In this document: positions 55,123-64,000 of the stretch, piece after piece
How positions within the stretch are numbered: the stretch's first letter is position 1
Layout: each line of letters begins with the position of its first letter
NCBI GenBank assembly: GCA_041659225.1
Contig: JBAZYR010000001.1
Location: 15,266 to 79,265, forward strand
Reading direction: 5' to 3'
From: Candidatus Staskawiczbacteria bacterium
GTDB lineage: Bacteria > Patescibacteriota > Minisyncoccia > Minisyncoccales > Staskawiczbacteraceae
DNA length: 64,000 bases
The notes under the pieces: model-generated
Database searches by the model: none
What the model was told of the DNA's origin: nothing
What the model saw: only the letters and a program-made list of their open reading frames with translations
Position numbers and translations under genes: made by a program

Positions 55123-55877
55123 GTTAATAAATTTAAATACCAGTTTATTAAATTTTGTCCAAAAAATATCGCTAAAAATGTTCCGGTAATTAAAAATGGA
55201 CCGAAAGGTATTTCGCTTTTCATTCCTTTCTTTCCTGCGATAATTAATCCTATCCCTATTATACCACCAATAAAGAAGGCTAAGAATAAAGCAGCCAGTA
55301 TGTTCGGGAAGCCGAGAATCAAACCCATCAAAAAAACGAGCTTTACGTCGCCAAAACCCAGCCATTTTCCTTTAGACACGAGAAAAATCAATAGGAACAA
55401 TCCAGAAGCTATAATGGCGCTAGATAAAGTTGAAAACTGTCCAAGAACGAAAAACTGTAAATCAAAAATCAAGGCTAAAAAAATAGCCGGAAAAACGACC
55501 CTGTCCGGAATAATATAGTGCTTGAGGTCATAGACGAAAATAATAATGGAGAGGGTGGAAATTAGAATTAAAAATTCAAACTCTAAATCCACCTGAAAAC
55601 CCGAATGCCAAAAAACTAATAAAAATAATGCTGCAGTGGCGAGCTCTACAATCGGATATTGTATTGATATCCCTTTCTTACAATAACGACACTTACCCGA
55701 TAAAGAGATATAACTTAAAACCGGCACTAAATCGCGCCAGCTTAGCTGGTGATGGCACGCGGGGCAATAGGATCTGCCCCTTAAAAAGCTTTCCTTCTTT
55801 TCGAGGCGAAAAATAACACAGTTTAAAAAACTACCTACGATTAAGCCGAGAAGGAGAAGATAAATAAGAGTAAGCAT
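55119..55877 (-). CDS. pilD: Prepilin peptidase
   Basis: GSFLNCVIFRL, RSYCPAC, GKCRYC, YDLKHYIIPD, GFGDVKL, IPFGPFL. Confidence 0.95.
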   Translation of the reverse strand: MLTLIYLLLLGLIVGSFLNCVIFRLEKKESFLRGRSYCPACHHQLSWRDLVPVLSYISLSGKCRYCKKGISIQYPIVELATAALFLLVFWHSGFQVDLEFEFLILISTLSIIIFVYDLKHYIIPDRVVFPAIFLALIFDLQFFVLGQFSTLSSAIIASGLFLLIFLVSKGKWLGFGDVKLVFLMGLILGFPNILAALFLAFFIGGIIGIGLIIAGKKGMKSEIPFGPFLITGTFLAIFFGQNLINWYLNLLT

Positions 55878-55938
55878 TGACTAATTCTACCAGAAATTTA
55901 TCTATTGGAGAATATATAACAAATGAATTAAAGACAAC

Positions 55939-56346
55939 TCAAGGGGGGCATACACTGCCTAAAGTCATCCACTGCTGCCACGTTATCTGTTTTCTAACGC
56001 CGGTACTATCCAAACACCACGACCCTGCAGTAGGATAGACATACTGCACAGCAACAACGTACGTGTTCTCTGCGCTAGAACATTTACCGTTTTTCCCCGT
56101 AGCGGCTTTAGCTGCATTATATGCTTTTAGAACTTCTGTATCACCACAAACCCCAACGTAGGTAGAACCGCTGCTATAAAATATTTCGGCGGCAGCGGGG
56201 ATTGCATTCATATTCCCTTTGGCAGCGGCGTTTTTAGCTTTATCACGAGCCGAACTTACGCTAGTGAATATAATGGAAGCCAAAATACCGATAATAGCGA
56301 TTACGACCAATAACTCAATTAATGTAAAACCTTTGGACCTGTTCAT
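55939..56346 (-). CDS. Type IV pilin (major-pilin-like, copy 2)
   Basis: KG/FTLIELLVVIAIIGILAS; C-terminal WCLDSTG..C. Confidence 0.92.
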   Translation of the reverse strand: MNRSKGFTLIELLVVIAIIGILASIIFTSVSSARDKAKNAAAKGNMNAIPAAAEIFYSSGSTYVGVCGDTEVLKAYNAAKAATGKNGKCSSAENTYVVAVQYVYPTAGSWCLDSTGVRKQITWQQWMTLGSVCPP

Positions 56347-56383
56347 TGTTTTTATTTTATCCCATTATCCCTTTGACGTAAAC

Positions 56384-56417
56384 AAAAACCACCCACATCA
56401 ATCGCGGGTGGTTTTTT
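56384..56417 (-). terminator. Terminator between the two pilin genes
   Basis: AAAAACCACCC-loop-GGGTGGTTTTT. Confidence 0.75.
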
Positions 56418-56431
56418 AGCTTGAGAAGACG

Positions 56432-56884
56432 TTACGGCGCGACATTACCATCACAATCATAGTCTCCCGTTGTACAATCCGAACCGCAAGCTGTAGTTAG
56501 AGAAGTTTTGTGTGCCGCCGAATCAACGCAATAATATTGAGCAGGATTCGGGCCCATTAATTTCACACAAGCACACCATTTATCGGTTGTAGCAGCATTA
56601 CTGTAGTCGGTACCGGCAGTACCAGAAGACTGTGCCCAGGCTGCGTTATACGCTTTTAGGGGATCTGTCCCAGCTGCGAAAATAGCGGCATAACTAAGGG
56701 GAGAGGCGCTGTCGTATATATTTTCTGCTGCAGCAGGAATCATGGAGAGGTTCGCCTTTATATTAGCGTCCCTTGCTTTAGCTCTAGCTGCATTAACATT
56801 TACAAACACGATGGAAGCTAAAATACCTATGATAGCGATTACGACTAATAACTCAATTAATGTAAAACCTCTTGATTTATTCAT
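56432..56884 (-). CDS. Type IV major pilin (PilA-like, copy 1)
   Basis: RG/FTLIELLVVIAIIGILAS; YYCVDS; has its own promoter and terminator. Confidence 0.92.
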   Translation of the reverse strand: MNKSRGFTLIELLVVIAIIGILASIVFVNVNAARAKARDANIKANLSMIPAAAENIYDSASPLSYAAIFAAGTDPLKAYNAAWAQSSGTAGTDYSNAATTDKWCACVKLMGPNPAQYYCVDSAAHKTSLTTACGSDCTTGDYDCDGNVAP

Positions 56885-56965
56885 AATATTAAAATTTAAA
56901 ATACTTTTTACCTTTTACTAAATAGGTTCGACCTTTAAGGTCAAGTTAAGACCATTGATTACTTA

Positions 56966-56993
56966 ATTTTAAACTATTAAGGAACGCCGTCAA
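56966..56993 (-). promoter_or_regulatory. Major pilin promoter
   Basis: TTGACG-16 bp-TAAAAT. Confidence 0.55.
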
Positions 56994-57010
56994 GTGGAAA
57001 AGTATTATTA

Positions 57011-58219
57011 CTACACAGTATTCAACATTCCGTACATTGGAGACAACACCGAAATAGCTAATATGGCTACGCCTACTCCCAAGAAAACTATCAGAACCGG
57101 CTCAATCAAAGTCATAAAGTTATCTACTATCGCTTCAATCTCTTTTTTGTAAAAACCAACAATCTCCGCTAATGTTTTATCAAGCTTTCCTGTCTCCTCC
57201 CCAACTTTTATCATTTGAATGATAAACGGGGGAACCTGGTTCGGATATCTGACTAAAACAGAACTTATCTTCTCTCCCTCAGAAACCTCTTTTTCGGTTT
57301 CAGCAATAATTCCCTTGTACACATAATTATTGATGGTGTCCTTCGTTATCTCCAAAGCACGAACGATAGGCAGGCCGGCCATGATTAAAGTTGAAAGATT
57401 CTCGGCAAAGTTAACAATGTAGTTCTTCTGTAAAAATCCTCCGACAAGCGGAAGCTTGATTAATGTTACATCAAGAACCTTTTTACCTTCTTTGGTTTTG
57501 AAGTAGTAAATTAAGAAAACTATAAACCCTGCGGCGGCTATCAAGAGGAACAACCCGTAATGAGCAAACAGGTTGTAAAAACCTATAAGCATTTTTGTGG
57601 AAAAGGGAATATCACCGCCGGCATCCTCCAAAATTGTGATTAACTTGGGCATTACCATGGTCATAACCACAGCAATAACTATTACCAACGCAGATAAAAC
57701 TACTGCCGGGTAAATCATCGCACCTTTTATCTTAGACTTAATATCGTGCTGTCTTTCCAAATACGTACTAAGATGGTAAAGGGATTCAGATATCTTTCCC
57801 GAAGCTTCCCCGGATTTAATCAGGCTGATATAGAAAAAGCCAAAGGTCTCGGGACAGGCAGCAAGCGCGTCAGAAAGTGTATTTCCCTCTTCAATGAGCT
57901 TTGAAACAATCATAATTTTCTCCCGAAAAACCTTTTTACTGGTTTGGGAAGCCAGACTGGATAAGCTTTCAATAATCGGCACCCGCGAATCAATCATAAC
58001 CGCAAGTTGGCGGGAAAAGATAGAGAGATCTTTTTGAGATACCTTTTTCTTGAAAATTCCGCCCTTGAAAACATCAAACGGTGTTTTTTCCTCTTTTAAC
58101 GAGGTGACGAAAATATTGTATTTCTGCAAAAGAGCAGCAGCTGCTTCTTGGGAAGATGCTTCAATGGTACCGGTTTCAATTTCACCTCTTTGGCTTCTGG
58201 CTTGATAAATAAACTTCAT
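57011..58219 (-). CDS. pilC: Type IV pilus platform protein PilC (T2SS F family)
   Basis: FSRQLAVMI, SGEASGKI, GAMIYP, VGEETGKLD, LIEPVLI. Confidence 0.95.
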   Translation of the reverse strand: MKFIYQARSQRGEIETGTIEASSQEAAAALLQKYNIFVTSLKEEKTPFDVFKGGIFKKKVSQKDLSIFSRQLAVMIDSRVPIIESLSSLASQTSKKVFREKIMIVSKLIEEGNTLSDALAACPETFGFFYISLIKSGEASGKISESLYHLSTYLERQHDIKSKIKGAMIYPAVVLSALVIVIAVVMTMVMPKLITILEDAGGDIPFSTKMLIGFYNLFAHYGLFLLIAAAGFIVFLIYYFKTKEGKKVLDVTLIKLPLVGGFLQKNYIVNFAENLSTLIMAGLPIVRALEITKDTINNYVYKGIIAETEKEVSEGEKISSVLVRYPNQVPPFIIQMIKVGEETGKLDKTLAEIVGFYKKEIEAIVDNFMTLIEPVLIVFLGVGVAILAISVLSPMYGMLNTV

Positions 58220-58224
58220 ATGGG

Positions 58225-59289
58225 TTACCTCAGGAGATTCTTTATCTCAAACGGGTTCAAGGAATAATCAATGGCGTTTTTAAGGGTAATCTCTTTCTTT
58301 CTCACTAAATCAGCTAAATATCTATCCGAAGAAACCATCCCTTCGCGAGAAGAAGTATCAATAATTGCCGGTATTTCATGGGTCTTGTTTTCACGGATAA
58401 GGTTAGCGGTTGCTGTGTTGCTAACCATAACCTCACAGGCAGGAATAAAACCGCCTCTTATCCTGGGTATTAATCTTTGACTGACTATGCCCAAAAGCGA
58501 ACCTGATAATTGATACCTTATCTGATTCTGCTGCTCAGCAGGGAAAACGTCGACAATACGGTGGATCGTCTGGGCGGCAGAATTAGTATGCAAGGTGGCG
58601 AAGATTAAATGGCCCGTTTCTGCCGCAGTAATAGCAGTAGAAATAGTTTCAAGGTCCCTCATCTCTCCCACCATGATTACGTCGAGATTTTGACGGAAAG
58701 CTGCCCGAAGCGCTGATGAAAAACTTATAGTATCTCGATAGACCTCCCTCTGATCAATAATTGCCCGGTCATCCTCGTAAACATATTCGATAGGATCTTC
58801 AATCGTGATTATGTGCACCGGCCTCGTATGGTTTATCTCGTCAACTAGAGCAGCTAAAGTAGTGGTCTTGCCTTGGCTTGAAGCGCCTGTAATCAAGACT
58901 AAACCCTGGGTTTTGGAGGTGAACTCGTGCAAAACAGGAGGAAGGATCAGCTCTTCAATCGTTTTAATCCTGGCAGGAATCATACGCAAATCCAAGCTTA
59001 TGGTCTCCTGCTGAAAAAAACAGTTAATTCTGAACCGCGCCTTACCCTCGAAGTTATACGAAAAATCTATTTCTTTCTCTTCAAAGAATTTCTTGTATTG
59101 CATGGTGTTCATCAGCAGGCGGGCCAAGGCCTCTGAGTCAGCAGGTTCAACTACTTTTTCTTTAGCTAAGGGTATCAATTGCCCGGTTAGCCTAAGGGTG
59201 GGCTTGTGACCGACGGAAAGATGCAAATCAGAGGCTTCTTCCTCGACAATTGTGACCAATAGCTTCTTTAGATATGCGGGATAATCCAT
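58225..59289 (-). CDS. pilT: Pilus retraction ATPase PilT/PilU family
   Basis: ASDLHL, GASSQGKTTT, ITIEDPIEY, VGEMRD, AETGHLIFATLHTNSA. Confidence 0.93.
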   Translation of the reverse strand: MDYPAYLKKLLVTIVEEEASDLHLSVGHKPTLRLTGQLIPLAKEKVVEPADSEALARLLMNTMQYKKFFEEKEIDFSYNFEGKARFRINCFFQQETISLDLRMIPARIKTIEELILPPVLHEFTSKTQGLVLITGASSQGKTTTLAALVDEINHTRPVHIITIEDPIEYVYEDDRAIIDQREVYRDTISFSSALRAAFRQNLDVIMVGEMRDLETISTAITAAETGHLIFATLHTNSAAQTIHRIVDVFPAEQQNQIRYQLSGSLLGIVSQRLIPRIRGGFIPACEVMVSNTATANLIRENKTHEIPAIIDTSSREGMVSSDRYLADLVRKKEITLKNAIDYSLNPFEIKNLLR

Positions 59290-59307
59290 AATATTTTAAT
59301 TAATAGT

Positions 59308-61032
59308 TTATTGCTCCTCAGTCGCTCGGGTAATTTCCTCCACAGTAGTTTCTCCTGCTAAAATCTTCAAAATTCCCTCCTGCTCCATTGTGAGCATACC
59401 TTGTTTCTTGGCTAGCTTAGAAATCGCATCTTCGGTAGCATCTTTTAATATGATCTTAGCTAGCTCATCAGTCATCGGCAATACCTCGAAGAGACCGATT
59501 CTTCCGGCATATCCTTTAAAGTTGCACTTATCGCATCCTTTCGGTTCGTATATAGAGAAGCCCTGTCCTATTTTCACCTCATTCTGGATGTTCAAAGGCA
59601 TACTTTTTACTCTTTCTACAATATATTTTCTAATCGGTTCTGGCGGAGTAATCTTCTTTCTGCAGCTCGTACAAAGAGTCCTGACTAGCCTTTGAGAAAT
59701 CGCTACGCCTAAAGTATATGGTATTAGGAACGGCCTTACGCCCATATCAATCAATCTCGGCACCACTCCGATGGCAGAATTGGTATGCAATGTTGAAAGA
59801 ACGATATGTCCGGTAAGTGCAGCGTGCGTTACGAGGTTAGCTGTTTCTTCGTCACGGACCTCACCAACCATGATAACATTCGGATCTTGTCTAAGAATTT
59901 GTCTCAAGCCTTGGGCAAAAGTATAACCAATGTCCGGTTTTACCTGAGATTGGTTTACTCCGGGGATAGAATACTCGATAGGGTCTTCAATCGTTACGAT
60001 ATTAACGCTTTCGTTATTCATAAATCGCAGAAGCGCATAAAGCGTTGTAGACTTACCTGACCCGGTAGGGCCTGTGGCCAAAATCATTCCATACGGTTTT
60101 TTAATGGCGGCTTTTATCATTTCAAAGTTCCTTCCCCGCAGACCCATAGCCTCGTAATCTTTCAGCCCCTCGCCTGAATCAAGAACTCTGATTTCAATTT
60201 TTTCTCCGTTAAGACAAGGATAAGTAGCAACTCTAAAGTCGACGTTGTCTTCCCCTACTTTTGTTGAAAACCTCCCGTCTTGAGGAACGCGGTTCTCGTC
60301 AATCTTCAAATTAGCAAGAATTTTTATTCTTGTAACAATCGATTGATGAACACTGATGGGTAAAAACAAGGTGGGGTATAAAATACCGTCGATACGGAAG
60401 CGAATCTTTAATTTATCTTTTATTGGTTCAATATGTATATCTGAAGCGTTAGATTCTAAGGCGTGCCGGAGAATAGAAAAAACCATTTTGATGATAGGAG
60501 CTTCGTCGCCTATTGCCTTCTCTACCTCGGATTTTTCTTCTGCAAATTCCCTGATTTCTTTTTTAGATTTTTCAAACTCAACCAGCACTTTGCCTGCCTC
60601 GCTTTTTAAATTCCTATGTTGCTTTAAAAGTTTATTAAAATCACTGATGGTTATTAAAGAAATTAAATACTCAAATTTTCCCTGCCTGCTTGAAAATCTC
60701 AAAGCGTCCTGGGCTGAGGTATTCTCAGGATAGACCATTCCGATTTCCACAACATCTCCCTTTTTAGACAAAGGAATCATTTTATACGTCGCCGTTGACT
60801 CTTCCGGGATTAGCTCTAATACCTCTTTCGGTACGTCATCAATAGAAACCTTTTTAAATGGTATTTTAAAAATCTCAGCCTTTGCCTTGAATAAAACATC
60901 TTCTGGAATAATTCCCTTCTCGGTGATTATTTCCTCGGCGGTTTTACCCGTCTTCTTAACATCGTATTCTATCTCGGCCTGCTTTTTCTCTTCCAATACG
61001 CCTCTTTCAATTAACTTTTGAATAAAATTCAT
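59308..61032 (-). CDS. pilB: Pilus assembly ATPase PilB (GspE family)
   Basis: ASDIHIEP, PQDGRF, GPTGSGKSTTLY, LRQDPNVIMVGEVRD, tetra-Cys motif. Confidence 0.95.
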   Translation of the reverse strand: MNFIQKLIERGVLEEKKQAEIEYDVKKTGKTAEEIITEKGIIPEDVLFKAKAEIFKIPFKKVSIDDVPKEVLELIPEESTATYKMIPLSKKGDVVEIGMVYPENTSAQDALRFSSRQGKFEYLISLITISDFNKLLKQHRNLKSEAGKVLVEFEKSKKEIREFAEEKSEVEKAIGDEAPIIKMVFSILRHALESNASDIHIEPIKDKLKIRFRIDGILYPTLFLPISVHQSIVTRIKILANLKIDENRVPQDGRFSTKVGEDNVDFRVATYPCLNGEKIEIRVLDSGEGLKDYEAMGLRGRNFEMIKAAIKKPYGMILATGPTGSGKSTTLYALLRFMNNESVNIVTIEDPIEYSIPGVNQSQVKPDIGYTFAQGLRQILRQDPNVIMVGEVRDEETANLVTHAALTGHIVLSTLHTNSAIGVVPRLIDMGVRPFLIPYTLGVAISQRLVRTLCTSCRKKITPPEPIRKYIVERVKSMPLNIQNEVKIGQGFSIYEPKGCDKCNFKGYAGRIGLFEVLPMTDELAKIILKDATEDAISKLAKKQGMLTMEQEGILKILAGETTVEEITRATEEQ

Positions 61033-61061
61033 CGTAGAATATTATATTAATAATTTATCTC

Positions 61062-61499
61062 TTAGGGTCTTCTGGGAGGAGTAACCGGCGGAGGCGGTGC
61101 TGTTTCGTAATACGGGGTAAACGGATTGATCCTTCCTCCTGTTATTTCCTCCAGGGTAATCGACGACAATCCAAGCTCCGTTAATGTTTTCATAGCTTCT
61201 TCTTCTGAAATAGAAGATATCTTGCCAGCCTTTGCTTCCCCTTTTGAATTTTTACCGGTATAGCTGAATTCTTTTCTCAACTCCGGGAGGAAATCTAATT
61301 TTGTTATCTTATCTGATTTCAAAACATCAAAATTAATTCTTATTTCCGGCGCCTGAAAAACCTGCTCTATCGGAGTTTCTTTTGATTTTGACAGAAAAAC
61401 ACTAAGACTTATTAAGGTCAGGATAATGACAAAAAACCCGACTATGCTAACAATTAGCGTCTTCTGCCTTTCTTTTGGTGATATGAAAACTATTGCCAT
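61062..61499 (-). CDS. Bitopic protein in the PilP position, with an internal PilC-N-terminal-like module
   Basis: TM helix, GRINPFTPY motif, follows pilO; residues 77-118 align without gaps to the PilC N-terminus. Confidence 0.75.
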   Translation of the reverse strand: MAIVFISPKERQKTLIVSIVGFFVIILTLISLSVFLSKSKETPIEQVFQAPEIRINFDVLKSDKITKLDFLPELRKEFSYTGKNSKGEAKAGKISSISEEEAMKTLTELGLSSITLEEITGGRINPFTPYYETAPPPPVTPPRRP

Positions 61500-61513
61500 T
61501 TTCTTACCGGTTG

Positions 61514-62065
61514 CTAATAGGAATAAACTTTAATGCTTAATGAAATTGGATAAGTTAACTCCGTCATAAAAGATGTTGAAGACGGAGGAGTCACGCTAAA
61601 GGAAAAATTGTCTCCCTCGATTATACGTGAAGACTTCTCTAAAGATGCAAGGAACCGAACAAGCGCAGGGTATGATCCGAACAGTTCAATGTTCAAGCTA
61701 GCTTCTTTCACATTCGTATCAACTCCGACCGACGAAGATTTGCTTACACTTATTCTCCTCACGATTATCCCGCTTTCCAATCCTTTTTGGTATAGGAAAT
61801 CGACTAAAGGGGCGATGGAAAGTTTATCGGGCAAGGCAGTATCAATTTTCTTTAAAGCATCCTGGTATAGCATCAACTCTCTGTAAGCACTAGTTACCTC
61901 TATAAAATACGCATTCTTGCCCTGAAACTCTGCCTCTTTTTTACCAATTTCCGTCAAAAGGCCCTGAAATTGTTGATACTTCGGCAAGACTACATAAAAA
62001 GCCAATACCAAAACAACAATTAGCAGAACTGCGGTAGAAATTGGTTTATTTATCCTTAAATTCAT
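61514..62065 (-). CDS. pilO: Type IV pilus alignment protein PilO
   Basis: TM plus coiled coil, ALPD, GSYPALVRFLASLEKSSRII. Confidence 0.85.
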   Translation of the reverse strand: MNLRINKPISTAVLLIVVLVLAFYVVLPKYQQFQGLLTEIGKKEAEFQGKNAYFIEVTSAYRELMLYQDALKKIDTALPDKLSIAPLVDFLYQKGLESGIIVRRISVSKSSSVGVDTNVKEASLNIELFGSYPALVRFLASLEKSSRIIEGDNFSFSVTPPSSTSFMTELTYPISLSIKVYSY

Positions 62066-62075
62066 TCTAATTATC

Positions 62076-62687
62076 CTAGAAGATATAGTTATTAAAAGCA
62101 GCGCTGGTTGACGGACTAGTTGTGTCTATAATGCCGCCCGGCAGCACCTCCGGCGTAGCTTGGAAAAATATATCGGGATTGATTGCTAAGGTTAAACTAA
62201 ATTTTATTCTGCCTGTCTCGGCTGTTTCAGAACTTAACCCTATAATTTCTTTAATAAATACGCTTCCATCGAATATTGAAACCTGTCGAGTAAGGGCTGT
62301 CGTGCTTTCAGCCTCTCCTGCAAGCTGAATCGACGCCGCCTGAGACGATAAAGAAAATGTATTGAACCAAACATTGGGCAAAGTTATTTCTTCAAAAAGT
62401 CTGAGTACGTTTGTGGGAATTTTATGGTTTGTTAAAAGGGTGGCGAAATTGTCAATTTTTCTTTGGTATACAGCCACCTGCTTCTCTAGCTCTTTTTGTT
62501 GCGCAGTTCCGATGCTGGCGATTTTTTCGTCCAGGTCCTTCATGGTTTTTTCTTGGAGAGAAATTTTAAAATAAAAAATAAGGAAACAAAAAATAGTCGC
62601 CAGCAAAAGAGCAATGAAAAAATAGAACACAGTATCTAACCACCAGACCTTTTTGTTTTTTAGTTGGTAAAGGATGCTTAAATCCAT
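62076..62687 (-). CDS. pilN: Type IV pilus alignment protein PilN
   Basis: TM plus coiled coil, LPNVWFNTFSL..LAGEA; lies between pilM and pilO. Confidence 0.8.
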   Translation of the reverse strand: MDLSILYQLKNKKVWWLDTVFYFFIALLLATIFCFLIFYFKISLQEKTMKDLDEKIASIGTAQQKELEKQVAVYQRKIDNFATLLTNHKIPTNVLRLFEEITLPNVWFNTFSLSSQAASIQLAGEAESTTALTRQVSIFDGSVFIKEIIGLSSETAETGRIKFSLTLAINPDIFFQATPEVLPGGIIDTTSPSTSAAFNNYIF

Positions 62688-62744
62688 ACCTTTAAATATA
62701 TGATTTGATTACTTCATTATACAATATACAGCTTCCAATCAAAA

Positions 62745-63812
62745 CTACTCTAATCCACCTAAGGCCACTCCAACAGCTGCAGAGTATCTTGGAGCCATTT
62801 CTTTTATGGTTTCGTTTAAAATTGGCGGATAAAGGAAATCTGAGAAACAGTTTGGAATCTCTACTTTTTTCTTAAGCACCTCCCCGAAATACTCCCTTAG
62901 TCCCGGAAGGTTAGCGGTTCCGCCCGTTAGATAAACCTCATCTATCTCTCTTTCTTCTTTCATAAAGAAATCATTAGATATCTTTTTTATCTCAGCCAGT
63001 AACGGATCAATCAAAAGATAGAGGATTTCGCTAATTCTTTTATCCTGAGCAATCAATCCTTCTTTGGACTTTATCTCTTCCGCCTCCGTGTATCCTTTAT
63101 TAAAAGCAGACGCAACAGCGTGCGTAAGCTGGGTGCCGGCGAAGTCAAAACTAAAGCTTGTTTTTAAAATACCTTTATCAATAATATTAACAGTCGTACT
63201 TTGGACGCCAATATCAATCAAACAAATCACCTTCTTATTATCCTTTATTATCGACCGGACAACTGAAAACGCTTCAGCCTCAATCGCATACAGCTCCAAA
63301 CCGGCTGCCTGAGCAATCCCCTGATATTCCTGAACAACTTGGTTGGCAACCGCAGCCACTAATACCTTGAGCCCGGAACGATTGTCGCCTGGCGTTCCGC
63401 TTATTAACCGCCAATCCAGAGTAGTTTCAGAAACAGGCAAAGGAATGTATTGAGGCGCGTTAAAACGTATAGCCTCGGGAATTTCTCCTTTCCCCATAGG
63501 CGGCAAATCAAAAGAAACAAAAAAAGTTGAAAAGTCAGGAATAGAGAACATCGCTGCTTTGGTTCTGATTCTGCCTTCGTCAATTATCGCCTTGATCGCT
63601 TTTAAAACGAAAGACCGGGAAAGCAAATAGTTTCCTTTTTTAGATTCTTTGTATGGTTCGCGAATAACTGAGGTGGTTTTAATCTCCCCGTAATTTTCTA
63701 AAGTCCTTCCTCCTCCCCATTTGGAAAGCTCAACTATTTTAACAGACGAGGTCCCTATATCCACCCCCAACATTTTTTTAGGGAAAATTAAACCAAAAGG
63801 ATTGAACACCAT
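62745..63812 (-). CDS. pilM: Type IV pilus assembly protein PilM
   Basis: LGVDIGTSSVKIVEL, LIDIG, VYLTGGTANLPGL, AAVGVALG. Confidence 0.95.
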   Translation of the reverse strand: MVFNPFGLIFPKKMLGVDIGTSSVKIVELSKWGGGRTLENYGEIKTTSVIREPYKESKKGNYLLSRSFVLKAIKAIIDEGRIRTKAAMFSIPDFSTFFVSFDLPPMGKGEIPEAIRFNAPQYIPLPVSETTLDWRLISGTPGDNRSGLKVLVAAVANQVVQEYQGIAQAAGLELYAIEAEAFSVVRSIIKDNKKVICLIDIGVQSTTVNIIDKGILKTSFSFDFAGTQLTHAVASAFNKGYTEAEEIKSKEGLIAQDKRISEILYLLIDPLLAEIKKISNDFFMKEEREIDEVYLTGGTANLPGLREYFGEVLKKKVEIPNCFSDFLYPPILNETIKEMAPRYSAAVGVALGGLE

Positions 63813-63860
63813 ATTAATATATTATACTCCAAACTTTTCAACTATGCTAACATTAATTCA

Positions 63861-64000
63861 ATGCCAAAAGTGAAAAACTTCTTGCTGGATATTTTCTTCC
63901 CCCGTTTTTGTTTAGGTTGTGGCCGAGAAGCCACTTATTTATGCGAAGATTGCATGGCAACGTTGGAAATATCCGAGCATAGATACTGTCTTTGCGATAA
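63861..64000 (+). CDS. comF: ComF family protein, partial (N-terminal double zinc ribbon)
   Basis: Manual translation MPKVKNFLLDIFFPRFCLGCGREATYLCEDC...; runs off the window end. Confidence 0.8.
   Translation, partial: MPKVKNFLLDIFFPRFCLGCGREATYLCEDCMATLEISEHRYCLCD

Noticed and set aside
55123-55365. N-terminal extension of the 404-aa pilin ORF
   Set aside because: It lies within pilD in another frame; the prepilin leader starts at 55122.

Overview
This is a gene-dense, AT-rich bacterial chromosome segment using code 11 (TGA acts as stop). It looks like a CPR/Patescibacteria genome, most like Parcubacteria. That placement is inferred from the Lys-rich RpoD tail, the short RpoB/RpoC, a type IV pilus (T4P) locus with no secretin in the window, and start codons lacking a Shine-Dalgarno (SD) motif. 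Housekeeping genes: dnaG-rpoD-tRNA-Asn, groSL with a CIRCE-like operator, lemA-htpX, uvrA/uvrC, secG, rnj, trpS, PMM/PGM, rpsF-ssb-rpsR, recA, ftsK, rpoBC, rodA, ligA, tRNA-Ser and tRNA-Leu. The right ~17 kb is a T4P/competence locus: pilMNO, a PilP-position gene, pilB, pilT, pilC, two major pilins, pilD, four minor pilins and a divergent comF. The best candidate for an undescribed system is at the distal end of this locus. A 1257-aa adhesin with three PA14-in-Ig modules ends in a Cys-rich tip domain; a standalone secreted paralog of that tip follows, and each is paired with a small membrane-anchored gene. Several pilus components also carry inserted domains, including a PilC-N-terminal-like module in the PilP-position protein. 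Other oddities are an orphan protein with four GATA-like zinc-finger repeats next to tRNA-Asn, RNA polymerase active-centre variants (NSDFDGD, trigger loop LRTHH, altered rifampicin pocket), structured leaders before rpoB and an IMP cyclohydrolase gene, and a 2288-aa surface protein. All calls come from reading motifs by eye; no searches were run.
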